The position numbers and the translations under genes were made by a program. Shown in pieces: positions 40,512 through 51,623 of a DNA stretch of 64,000 nt (positions are counted from its first letter, which is position 1; every line of letters begins with the position of its first letter). The notes under the pieces are model-generated. The model worked only from the letters and a program-made list of their open reading frames with translations, was not told the DNA's origin and did no database searches. The DNA is from a virus (lineage: Duplodnaviria > Caudoviricetes): IMG/VR virus record IMGVR_UViG_2597490325_000001, positions 64,001-128,000 of that record; one strand, written 5' to 3'.

Positions 40512-43148
40512 TTAGAAACCGCCACCTACATCTTCAGAACCTTCTTCGTTTTCTTCTTCTGAAGTAGAAATGGATTTCTCTACTTTCTCACCAGTGTATT
40601 CACGAACAATTTCATCCATAATAGAATCGAGTTCATCCCAATCTACGTTAGGTAAATTTTTCTTAGTGAAACGCATAATGAGTTTCTTCTTAAGTTTTTC
40701 CTGATCGTCTTGAGGAATGGTATCATCGAACGTCAAGTTTTCAGTAAGAGTAGTAACAAAGTTGTTAACATTACTGATTTGCTCACTTAAGTTGTTCATA
40801 TTCAGAGAAGCTGGAGAAGGGAACTTAACCGAGATATTATTAATATCAAAGTATTTAATAGCTGCTTTAGCCAAACTTTGAGTATCAGTATAGGACTTAG
40901 CATTTTTAGTCAAGATTTCATCTTTAGCTGGATCAGATTTATCATCTACTTCATTGGATTTGAAGTTTAAATTATAAATCTTACGAACTAATTCAGTATA
41001 ACCCTTACTAAGAATTACCTGATCACCGATAATATCACGAATAAAACGACTGTTTTGCATAGATAGGGTCTTAGCAAAATCTACGTTTTCTACTTCAGTT
41101 AGGTATGCTGAAGGGATTCCCATACCAGAGAAGATATTATTTGAGAGCCAATTAAGAAAATCGTCATCTAAACTCTTAGCATCTAATGCATCGATAGTTT
41201 CAAACGTAATAGGTTTTTCACCATCTACTACCGGAATGTAATAATCTTGGAATTCACCTACATAATTAATTATGGATTGCATATCCATATTAGTAATGGA
41301 GCTAATTTCTTTAGATTTTACATCACGAATAGCTTGTTGAGTAGCATTAGCAGGGTTATTATCTAAGCCTACTTCTACATATACTGCACGTTTAGGTGCT
41401 CCACGTAATACGTTTTGCATTAACAGAGTCAGTAGAGTAGTAATATAAATCTTAGCAAAGAAGAGAATATTATCAAAGATAGAATGGCCTCTATTGATCA
41501 TTACAACTTCTTCAGGCTTGAGATAAATAACACGTACTTTATCTTTACGAGTTAATTTACGGATAGATAAAGTATTGTAGATAGCTTGTTTAATTGTAGC
41601 AGATTTCTTAATAAGCTTTATATTAGACTCATCAGATAATCTGTTGGCAAAAGCTGCAGCAAGGAATTGTAAACGAGCATCATCAGCTACATCTAAACGT
41701 TGACCATTAGGGTTCTCAACATTCTTAGCGCCACTACTATGCCCACCATTACCATCAATAGGGATATCCTTACCAGAATACACCATATTTTGCAATACGT
41801 TGCCATTACCAACTGATTGGCTAGGCATAAAGGTGTAACCTTCATTACCATTGTCTACTTTATCTGAAGGCATTGTAGTACCGTCTGGATCAACCTCTAC
41901 GATATCAAGGTATAAGTAACCTAGAATATTATCTTCGAATGTAAGATCAACGATATTCCCTGGGGAGATTCGTTTAACTATAGCTTTTTCATTACCGCCA
42001 AGCTTAGTTTTAAGAATCTTTTCTTTTTCAGGGTCAGCAAGCTTTCTATTACTTCCTGGTTGAGTATTACCCTCACCAGTAGCATTGAATGGGCTTACAG
42101 CAGAACCAAAGAATCCAGAAATATTCATATCTTCACTAAGAAGTACATCTGAATATTCAGATAAAATATGACTACTATCACCAATAATAAAAGTATCTTT
42201 TAATGCTTCAGAGAACTTATCTAAAGCTGCGCCAACTTTAACGCCAGTAGCTTCTTTCTCTATACCAAATGCATCTTTAAACTCTTCTAAGAAGATAGAA
42301 CCTTGCTTAGAAAATGAAGCATTTTCACTAAGAAGTTGAGATTTATCAGCTGAATTAAGTAATCCTTCAGATAGGTTAAGAGTCTTATATGAATCAACTT
42401 TATCCAACTCTGATGCAGACTCAGAAAGCATTTGCTTAATTTCTTCGTTCATTGAAAGAACAAGATAAATTAATTTGCCGTCTCGTAAGTATGCAATTAC
42501 ATCATTCTGTAGCTTGGTATTGATATCATAATAAGTAATTAAACTTTCTACCCTATCTTTAATTTGTGCATGATCTTCTTCATTAACATTCTCTGAATCA
42601 ATCATAATATTAAGAGCGCATTTAGTAAAGTCGTCTGGAGAAATGATAGTGTTAGCTACCGTTTTCAAAGCAAGACGCATTTTAGGAATAATTCTTATAA
42701 TCAAATTATAAGTGGAAAGGTACTCCCAAAATCTACTTTTATTACTCTCTACTACATTACGAATTAGACTTTGTTGAGAAGTGGTAATTTCTTTCTTAAG
42801 CTCTTCTAATTCTTGCTTAATTTTCTTACCATTAGCTTTTCTTTTTTTACGTTCTTCTTTATCCTTTGGAGGATTAGCAAGATAGAACATTGAATCTACA
42901 GGCGGAGCTGCAGATTCAGTATTATTAGCATTAGATGCAAGTAAACGTCTAGCAACATTAGTAGCTAGTTTATCTATATCTGCATTAAGCTTATTTGTTT
43001 TAGCATTTAAATCTAGATCTTCTTTATCTAGATTATTTTGAATTTTTTCAATTCTATTATTGCTTCTTTCGAATCTTTCAGATATTTTATTCACTGCAGT
43101 CTTTGATACAGCGCCACTCAGGATATCTGGTTCTTTTTGCTTGGCCAT
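40512..43148 (-). CDS. Portal protein
   Basis: 878 aa; TIISPDDF, RAVYVEVG, DYYIPV, PITFETI, GIPSAYL and FAKTLSMQNSRF parallel myovirus (T4 gp20-like) portal motifs. Confidence 0.75.
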   Translation of the reverse strand: MAKQKEPDILSGAVSKTAVNKISERFERSNNRIEKIQNNLDKEDLDLNAKTNKLNADIDKLATNVARRLLASNANNTESAAPPVDSMFYLANPPKDKEERKKRKANGKKIKQELEELKKEITTSQQSLIRNVVESNKSRFWEYLSTYNLIIRIIPKMRLALKTVANTIISPDDFTKCALNIMIDSENVNEEDHAQIKDRVESLITYYDINTKLQNDVIAYLRDGKLIYLVLSMNEEIKQMLSESASELDKVDSYKTLNLSEGLLNSADKSQLLSENASFSKQGSIFLEEFKDAFGIEKEATGVKVGAALDKFSEALKDTFIIGDSSHILSEYSDVLLSEDMNISGFFGSAVSPFNATGEGNTQPGSNRKLADPEKEKILKTKLGGNEKAIVKRISPGNIVDLTFEDNILGYLYLDIVEVDPDGTTMPSDKVDNGNEGYTFMPSQSVGNGNVLQNMVYSGKDIPIDGNGGHSSGAKNVENPNGQRLDVADDARLQFLAAAFANRLSDESNIKLIKKSATIKQAIYNTLSIRKLTRKDKVRVIYLKPEEVVMINRGHSIFDNILFFAKIYITTLLTLLMQNVLRGAPKRAVYVEVGLDNNPANATQQAIRDVKSKEISSITNMDMQSIINYVGEFQDYYIPVVDGEKPITFETIDALDAKSLDDDFLNWLSNNIFSGMGIPSAYLTEVENVDFAKTLSMQNSRFIRDIIGDQVILSKGYTELVRKIYNLNFKSNEVDDKSDPAKDEILTKNAKSYTDTQSLAKAAIKYFDINNISVKFPSPASLNMNNLSEQISNVNNFVTTLTENLTFDDTIPQDDQEKLKKKLIMRFTKKNLPNVDWDELDSIMDEIVREYTGEKVEKSISTSEEENEEGSEDVGGGF

Positions 43149-43150
43149 AA

Positions 43151-45738
43151 TTAATCCGTATTAACTAATAGATATTTATTGGTAGCAGACATAGTGAGAT
43201 CAAATACCTTCCTGATATCGGAAAAGAATTTTTCATATTCAGCTATAAGAGTTAAATCTGCGTTTAGTTTATTAATCAAAGAATTGTTTTCTGATGTAGC
43301 AGCTAATAGATATTCTTGAATATAGAACTTCATAGTTGCAAACATATCATCAAAAACAGGGTAGTTCTTTATTGATGATACTACATCAGAATATTTAGCT
43401 TCCATATAGGTTTCATCAGGGGCTTCTCCTAATGAGTTGATATGGAATATCTCATTAGTAACTAAAAATGATATAACCTTTGAAGAAGTCTTGTAGTTGA
43501 AAACATTATTGAATATTGCAGTAGATACACCAAATGCAGAATTAGAATCTGGTAGAGCTACAATATAATTAAATAACTTATCATTACTTAATTTGTTATT
43601 CAATGAATTCATTTGAGACGATATACCATTAACAAATTCTTTCATCTGGTCAGTACAATTAGTACTGTCTGGAGAGAATTGAAGTGTAGATATATCAGTA
43701 ACACTCATTCCTGTCAATATATCATTTAGAGCTTTCTCGTCAAAACTATGCTTGAAATCTGATAAGTTTGAATATAAACCCCCTACAGTAGCTTTATATG
43801 AAATATATGGTACCTTGTAGATAACTTTATCCAAAAGACCACTATTCTCTTTTTCATTATAATCTACTAGTAAATCTCTTACTGGAGAGCCTGAAGGTAT
43901 CAACCAATCAGCTGCCACAAAATCAGTTGTAGAACCATTAGATGGGAGTGGAAAATAATTTTTTTCATAGTTAGCAAGAAATTCACCTACGTATTGATCG
44001 TTTACAATAGGTAAATTTTCTACATCTGATAAAGATATTTCTTTTCTAGTAAGTAAACTAAAAATACCTTTATAATTATCTTTATCTTCAAGGTTAAAAA
44101 GTTTACTGAATGTACCAAAAGTACCTTCTTTTAAATATTTGGAAATAAATAACCTTAAGTCAGATTCATTTACTATATCAATCATACACCTACTCCTTGA
44201 CATGCAGTTCTAATAGCTGTGCAATAAGTATACATATTATCAAATAAACTAATTATAGAGTCAAATTCTTCTTTAACTGTAGCAGTATCATTAAAGAAAG
44301 CACTACCATAGACTGTTGAGTACAAGTTGATTCGTACAAAAGTGGCATAGTTAAATTGACTTTCAAATAATGAACTTGAAAGAATGGTGGTATCAGTAAA
44401 AGAACTACTAAATGATACATTATTCTTTAATTGATTTACTGCATAAGAACCATCTTTAGTTTCATCAGCATCATAGTATAAAACCATCCCATTTAAAGCT
44501 GACATGAAATTTTCTATAAAACTGGTATATTTAGCTTGCTTAAATCCGCCTTTAGCTATATAAAATTCTAAATCAGTATAGTTAATTTTTAAACTAAGCG
44601 TATTATCAGTAGTAAAAATAAAGTAGTAATCTGAAATCTTTTTGAAGAAGTTGGTTACTAGATTATTCAGACGTCTATAACCATATTTAGTTTGGATAGC
44701 AGCGGCTTGAGAAATAATACTATTCTGTAGAGCTACCAATGAACTATCATTGATAATCTGAGTATATGCTGACATTAAAACTGTAACTGAACTTACTGAA
44801 CCATCAGTTATTCCTAATGGATCAATTACTTTGGATACAGCTATTCTGAATGGAGACAATGATGCAGTAGCAAATCTATCTGCAGTTTTACCATTCATTT
44901 CATTAATCAAATTAGTATAGGAGGCAAAGCTCTTGATCTTGGTTTTATACTGAGTAATAGCTGTTTTATTATCATTAAGATCATATATAACTAGCTTGTT
45001 TCTAATAGTAGTATTATTGATATTCATAGTGTATAAATCACTAATATCAAATACCCCATTTATCAAGAAATACACTAGTTGTTGCAATAAATTGCCATCA
45101 AGTAACTGGATAGCACCTAATACCTTTTGAACTCTTGTATCTGTTCCATCCAAAGTATTAACCCATTCTTGGATGTCAGAGTTAGAAATAGTACCTTCGT
45201 TCATTTTAAATCCTTACAATTTACTAATAGGTTTATAAGACATTTTGTTGGACATAAAAATTTGTGTTTCTTTATTTTGTCCATCAATATCTTCTAAGTT
45301 TAACTGTTGATAGTAAGTTTCCTGAACAACTACTAGAATACTATTAATTTCATCATCAGTTAATGTATTACCTGTCTGTGATTCATATTCTTTTGCAATA
45401 GCATACCTATAGTCATCTAGATTATTAAAGAATAATTGGTTCTCTTTAATAATATCTGAAGTATTCTCTCCAGTTAATCTAGCTATGAGATTTGATTTCA
45501 TTGTATCTACAATGTTTTCACTTAGGTTTCTATTAGTAGACGTTTTGTTACTAGAAGGGATAACGTTATTAAGGAGCTGACGCGTATCTTCAATATCCAA
45601 TCTACCATCTAGAATTTCTTGCATAAGGGGTTTGTAATCACTAATATCTAGTAATAATAATCTTTCATATAACACATAGTTCTTAGAATTTACATCTAAG
45701 CTACTAAATTTATCTTGTAATTCTTTAATATGGATCAT
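43151..45738 (-). CDS. Three hypothetical late-type genes upstream of portal (45214-45738, 44182-45204, 43151-44203)
   Basis: AACA-N6-TAG on minus strand at 45765-45777; closely spaced ORFs. Confidence 0.65.
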
Positions 45739-45848
45739 TAGTTATAATCCCTTTAATAATTCAACTAAAAAGATGTTACAACTATAGTTTTTATATAAAA
45801 AAAAAAGAATCCCCCTATACCCCTTTTATGAGGTATAGGGTTCTTACT

Positions 45849-46561
45849 TTAAACTGGAAGAATATTACTTACAGCTTTTCTTTTCTCACCATCAAATTGA
45901 ATTAAACTAAATCCAACAGATTCTAAGATAATATTACCTTTTTTGATAATACCATTGGTAATACTTTCAATATCTGCTAATTTTGCAAATTCGGTAGGAA
46001 ATTCCTCCCTACCAAATGGTATAGCCATAACGTCTACACCAAATCGCTCAATCATTTCAGGATGCTCATCTTTAAGAGCAAGAAGTTTGTCGTAGTACTC
46101 TTCAGGTAAGTAATCCTTAATATTATCAAATCCTACTTTCTTAAACTCAAGAATTTTCATTGATGAGTTTTCAGGAATAGTGTCTTTAGGGAATATAGCG
46201 TTCCAAACAGCCATTGCACGGAATGGCTGCATAGCATATTTATCTTTATATGCGCTAATATTCTTAATTACTCCAGGTTTAAGATATTCAGTGTTACCAC
46301 TTCGAATAGATTCAATAACTGAATATTCGAAGTTTTTAAAGTTTTTAAAGACTGTGAATGGTTTAATTTTCTCAGATAGAAGAATATTATGCTCAAGCTC
46401 ATGAGAATAGAATTCACGGGCTTTCTTAGGCGTACTTGTTTTACGAATTTGAAGACCTTTCATATCAAAGTCAGGATTATCGTAAACGTTACCTTCTTTC
46501 GCAAGTACAATACCTGTATAAGTCTTCTTGTTAGGCGTTAACATGATTCGTTTATAGTGAA
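45849..46561 (-). CDS. Family B DNA polymerase C-terminal subunit, exon 2
   Basis: KKTYTG and MKGLQIRKTSTP motifs; the spliced junction reads KSE-F-HYKRIML. Confidence 0.85.
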
Positions 46562-46911
46562 CATTTACATTCATCATAGTTCGTTAATCTATGACCGCTT
46601 TTTAAGCTGCTATATATTGCTATATAGATTAGACTATATCTTAAGTACATAACCTATTATGTACCTCTCCCCATTTCGCTTTAAAGGATTTTATAATTGA
46701 AGCCATTCCACTTCAATAACCTACCACTTGGCGCTACTCTACTTGCTTATTCACTTAGATTTCGGTCTAAGCTATGCTTTCGATAGTCGTTGAACCTTAT
46801 TCAATAATTTTTATATTATTTTAAATAATATAAAAATTCTTAAATCTTGGATGCTGATTGTCTCAATGAGAGTTCCAGCAGTTAAAGGAGTTTATAGTGA
46901 GCATCAAGTTT
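46562..46911 (-). mobile_element. Group I intron (350 nt, ORF-less) in DNA polymerase
   Basis: P1 AGUGAGU/GCUCACU with U.G; core TGCTGGAA, AATCAGCA, TTCAACGACTA, GCGAAATGGGGAG, AAGATATAGTC; terminal G at 46562; frame restored. Confidence 0.9.
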
Positions 46912-48172
46912 ACTCACTTTTCATATTAACTCTAGGGCGATCTTCTGGAAGTACACCAGCCGCCTTAGTTAACTTATAGAAAACATCACCGATGAAATTA
47001 GTAATAAAGTAAGTAATTACAGCACCGATACTTACACGTTTTTCTTTAGTTAATTTATCAGGGTCTTCACCTGTTGAATCACAAATGTACTCAATAAATG
47101 GACGAATGTACAAGAATGTTGAGTCAGTATCTGATAACAGTACTGTTTTTCTCATCATTGCTTTTACTTTAGTAGTTTTATTTGAGAATGGATAAGAATA
47201 GAATACGAATGCTTTCATCAATTCATTCAATTCTTGAAGACTTTCTTTAATATCTTCTGGCGGTTTCTCAAAATTAAAATAGTTTTCTACAATTAGATTA
47301 CTTGTTACAAATTCTTCAATAGAAGGTAATTTTAAAAACTCCATTAAGTTATTCTTATAATAGAGCATTTCTCTAACTGAGGCAGTTTGACTTTTAACCA
47401 CCTTAATTACCATGTTTCTAATTTCGTCTGTAACTAGGAAGGTACATTTACCAAGTAGATGCTCTACAACATCATTAGTTGTTAAATCATCATTTAAAGT
47501 AAATTCTGGATCTTCCTCAAGATTACAGATATTATACATATACTGAGTAAGTTCATGTTCAGTATCAAATGTAAAGTTACCAGACATAAAGGCTTCAAAG
47601 CCTAAAATAGCGGAAATGATAATTTGCTGTCCGGTATAAGTAATTGATGGGCCGAGGTCAGGGTTAAAGAATATGAATGAACTTGCCCCGAATGCACCAT
47701 AATAGCTGTTAGCTAGAATTTTAAAGATGAGCTGCTTGATGTCAAGGAAATTATAAAGAGATTTATCAACATCGTTGATATGTTGAAGCATTTCCTTTTT
47801 AGTTACTTTACGAGCTTTAAGTAGGAACTCAAGGAACATTCCTGGAAGGTTTTCTTTCTTATTACGGTTATAGAAAAGAGTATTAAAGCCAGTAATGATT
47901 AATCGTTTATCTTCTGGAAGAACTTTATTGTAGACGACAATATCGGCTACTGTTGCGTCCGAATAAGTTTCCTGAACGTTATTATAGACTACTCCGTTAC
48001 GATTCTTCCAATCCTGCAGATAATCGCTTTTTAGTCTATTCCAATCAACTTTTTTAGCTTTTTTTCTTCCTAATGATGTAAGTTTTTCCTTTAGATCATT
48101 AAAAAAGAAGTCAAACGCTTTCTTTTCATTTTTAGTTAAACTTTCATAAGTAATCAATGTTATACACCTCAT
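46912..48172 (-). CDS. Family B DNA polymerase C-terminal subunit, exon 1 (likely TTG start at 48157)
   Basis: Motif B KILANSYYG and motif C SDTDS; GAGGTG SD lies upstream of TTG at 48157. Confidence 0.9.
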
Positions 48173-48268
48173 TTAACTAGATTTATCTCTATAAAACTAG
48201 TTTTGAAATAACACTAAAATAGAAAGTGATCAATTTTCTATTTCGTTAAACCCTTATAAGGATTTCAT

Positions 48269-48748
48269 ATGAAAAATACTATTGTTGACGAACTCTTAGC
48301 AGAAACTTCTGTCACCACGAACGATTTAAAAAATAACGCCTCTGGTGATGGTGCTGAATTCGCCGATGCAACTAATGCTGCCCTGACTGATCCTGATCTG
48401 GACATTCATGCAGATGGTATTCCACTGGAAGAACAAGAAGCTTCTCTTGCTCAACTGGCAGAATTCTACAAAAGTATGGAAGGTGAAGGCGGTGTTCTTA
48501 CTGAAGCTGCGCGTAACATCGTCCGTCTTAACCGTCAAACTAAGCTGCTGAACCTGACCAACCGTTCTGCACTGGTTATGGCTGCACGTAAAGGTGATCC
48601 GCTGTTTGCTAAATATGCTAAATTTAACAAAATGCGTAAAGCTATTCGTGCTCAGATCGTACAGAAGTATGGTGCTAAAGCTACCTCTTATGCACGTAAG
48701 CTGATGACCCAAAGTGTTGATAACACTGGTGGCGGTAAAGCTAAATAA
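48269..48748 (+). CDS. Probable internal head protein (acidic N-terminal half, basic C-terminal half)
   Basis: Late motif at 48210; LLAET and VLTEA motifs; high codon bias. Confidence 0.55.
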   Translation: MKNTIVDELLAETSVTTNDLKNNASGDGAEFADATNAALTDPDLDIHADGIPLEEQEASLAQLAEFYKSMEGEGGVLTEAARNIVRLNRQTKLLNLTNRSALVMAARKGDPLFAKYAKFNKMRKAIRAQIVQKYGAKATSYARKLMTQSVDNTGGGKAK

Positions 48749-48827
48749 GTTTAAACCCCTATATCCCCTTTCGAGGGATATAGGGAGTTTTATTACTCTT
48801 TTTTATAATATATTTTTGAAGTAAGGT

Positions 48828-49733
48828 TTAATCATCGTCTTCTTCAACATTTGACTCATCAATGAGTTCTAATTGAAGTTTAATTACACTACTCATATAG
48901 ACGTTTTCTTCAACTTCTTCTAGCTCAAGTTCGTCTTCCGTAGCATATCTAACGATGTTCATTTCTTCATCAGTAATGATAAATCTTTCTTCCTCTTCAG
49001 AATAGAAGAGTCTATAACCGTTTTTAATAACTAGTTCATCAAGAGATTTATCCTGATTAATCATATCATCATCTTCCTCTTCCTTTAATCTCAATACATC
49101 TTCGTCAATTTCAGTATCAGATTCTTTATTTTTTATATGTTCCGGTTTAGTTTCGCCACTACTAATAGCTTTCACATCCAGCGCCTCTACACCTTCCTCT
49201 TTCAATCTTGAGTTAAGGATATCATCAATAGACTCACCCTCAACTTCAATTACTCTGCCGCCAGAATAACTTTCAGCGGCTTTGCCACCCGATTGAAGAA
49301 GTGACATAACAAATGCAGCTAATTGATCTGGTGGAACGCCGAGGTCAGCATCGTCTCCAGAGTGTTTAGCAATATTATTTAGAATTCTCAGACGTCTATC
49401 AAGTTCTTCTGAACGTAATTTAGCTAATTGATTAAATAGAGTAGACTTAAGGCCACCTAAAGAGACAACATTACTAATTTGTTGTGCTACATAAATACCA
49501 CTAGGTTTTTTCTTTTCTTTAGTACCCATTCGCTTAGGTTTAGAAGATTCATCTTCATCTTCCATAGCGGTTAGTAATTTATCAGCATGACTAATTAGCC
49601 TGTTCTGTAGGCTTTCAATTTTAGATATTTCACTTTCTACTTTACCAGATACGTCTTTGAATTGGTTTTCAGTAATAATACTTTCTAGACGTTCTAATAA
49701 GTCGTTTTTCTGATCGACAATTTCTTCACTCAT
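48828..49733 (-). CDS. Acidic hypothetical protein
   Basis: 301-aa ORF divergent from the polymerase N-terminal gene. Confidence 0.7.
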   Translation of the reverse strand: MSEEIVDQKNDLLERLESIITENQFKDVSGKVESEISKIESLQNRLISHADKLLTAMEDEDESSKPKRMGTKEKKKPSGIYVAQQISNVVSLGGLKSTLFNQLAKLRSEELDRRLRILNNIAKHSGDDADLGVPPDQLAAFVMSLLQSGGKAAESYSGGRVIEVEGESIDDILNSRLKEEGVEALDVKAISSGETKPEHIKNKESDTEIDEDVLRLKEEEDDDMINQDKSLDELVIKNGYRLFYSEEEERFIITDEEMNIVRYATEDELELEEVEENVYMSSVIKLQLELIDESNVEEDDD

Positions 49734-49891
49734 AATAAAATTCCATAAGAGATAATGACTTATTAATACATTTCTATAATTCTATAAAAATTATTATAGA
49801 AATATATTATTAAAATGAAATTAATAAAGAACTAAAATTTTGTTTACATTAAACAAAAAGTTAGCTTTTATGAGAAAAATGGTAAATCATT

Positions 49892-51622
49892 ATGACAAAA
49901 CCGACAGTGACTAAACAGTTGATTTCGACTCAACTTGTTTATGACGAGAACTTTAATCCCAATCTAATAACGATTGAAAAAATTAAAGATCAAGTTACTG
50001 GTAAGATTAAAAAGAAGGCATCTTTCGATAGTGATCCTAAAATCACTTACTTCATAACTAAGCCGGAACATGAGCTTACTTATCCAGTAAAAGTAATCGA
50101 GAGAGATAAACTCATTCCAATCACGACTAGTTATAAAGATTTATTTAAATCTATAGCTAAAGCTCGTAAACGTATGAATGAGTACAACGAAGCTAAAAAT
50201 ACACGGAAACGTGGTAAATTTAGGTTCCTTCATAATGACTGTAACGTTTATGGTTCCGATGTAGATCTTGCAGATTATGCAATGATGGAATGGGAGAAAA
50301 ATACCCCTCCAGATGTACAAGATGCTTCATTACCTCTTGAAAAAGTCTTTTCAGATATCGAAGTTGACATTTATAATTACGAAGGCTTTCCAGTGGAAGA
50401 ACTTGCTCCCTGTGAGATTAACTTTGTATCATATGTCAACCCAAATAGAGGATCGTTAGTAAAAGTATGGGTGCTCTTTAATGAAGAGAACCATTCTATG
50501 GCAGAATTTATTGATAACTATGCAGATGGTAGCGCATTGTTATCTTCGGATGATAATGAATATGCTAAATACGTATTAGACGATTTTATCAATAATAATG
50601 ATACAGAAAAATTAAAATTTCATAAGTTTAAGACTCTCGAAATAGAATTCTTTGATGATGAGCTTGAACTAATCAAATCATATATGAATCAGGTTAAAAA
50701 AGATAAACCTGATTTTAATGCCTTATGGAATGCCCACTTCGATATTAGGACGTTCTATGAACGCATTCTTAAACTTGGCGGCGATCCAGTAGAAATCTTT
50801 TGTCCAGAAAATTTCCCCGTTAAAAAGTGTGAAATTCGTAAAGATGAAAGAGCTAAAGACGTAGCTGACCGTTCTCATACATTTGATATCAGCGGTTATA
50901 CACATTGGGTCGATTTACTTTACTTCTATGCAGCTAACCGTAAAGCTAAAGGTCAAAAGGAATCTTGGAAGTTACAGGATATTCTCTTGTCAGAGTTAGG
51001 AGAAGGTAAATTTGAATATGAAGGTGATATCAAAACTGCAGCATATGTGAATTTTGAATCATTCCTTAAATACTCAATTTACGACTCATATCGTATGTAT
51101 CAGCTTGAGACTAAATGTCGTGACATTGATGTGATGTATGCTAACTCACTAATGACATGTACACGTCTTAATAAAGTTCTTAAAAAGACCACTTCTATCA
51201 AGAATATTGCAAAAGTATTCTTGGAAAAAGAAGGATATATTCTCTCCAATAATCTTAATATATTTATTGAACGAGAGAAAAAGAAATTCCAAGGTGCTTT
51301 CGTACTCGATCCAACTATGATGCAAAAGGTGGGAACCTTCATCAACGGAAGGAGGACTGCGAATATATTTGAGGATACGATAGACGAAGACTTAAGTAGT
51401 ATGTATCCGTCAATTATTCTTGCATATGGTATCGATAACGAAACGCTTTTAGGTAAATTCCTTGTATTCCTAGATGAAGAAGAGGAAACCACAGATCCAT
51501 TGTTTGATTCATTCGGTGAAAAAATGATGGAAGATGATCCAGAAATTATTGCAACCACATATTTTAACCTCAAGCCAGCAGCTTATTATTTAGAGAGGTT
51601 AGATGATTTTATAGAGAAATAG
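49892..51622 (+). CDS. Family B DNA polymerase N-terminal subunit (3'-5' exonuclease plus motif A)
   Basis: Exo I SDIEV, Exo II WNAHFD, Exo III YSIYD, FQGAFV and motif A DLSSMYPSII. Confidence 0.9.
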   Translation: MTKPTVTKQLISTQLVYDENFNPNLITIEKIKDQVTGKIKKKASFDSDPKITYFITKPEHELTYPVKVIERDKLIPITTSYKDLFKSIAKARKRMNEYNEAKNTRKRGKFRFLHNDCNVYGSDVDLADYAMMEWEKNTPPDVQDASLPLEKVFSDIEVDIYNYEGFPVEELAPCEINFVSYVNPNRGSLVKVWVLFNEENHSMAEFIDNYADGSALLSSDDNEYAKYVLDDFINNNDTEKLKFHKFKTLEIEFFDDELELIKSYMNQVKKDKPDFNALWNAHFDIRTFYERILKLGGDPVEIFCPENFPVKKCEIRKDERAKDVADRSHTFDISGYTHWVDLLYFYAANRKAKGQKESWKLQDILLSELGEGKFEYEGDIKTAAYVNFESFLKYSIYDSYRMYQLETKCRDIDVMYANSLMTCTRLNKVLKKTTSIKNIAKVFLEKEGYILSNNLNIFIEREKKKFQGAFVLDPTMMQKVGTFINGRRTANIFEDTIDEDLSSMYPSIILAYGIDNETLLGKFLVFLDEEEETTDPLFDSFGEKMMEDDPEIIATTYFNLKPAAYYLERLDDFIEK

Positions 51623-51623
51623 T

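Noticed and set aside
46562-46577. Track start MMNVNV for a separate 242-aa polymerase ORF
   Set aside because: These codons lie inside the intron; the exon starts at 46561
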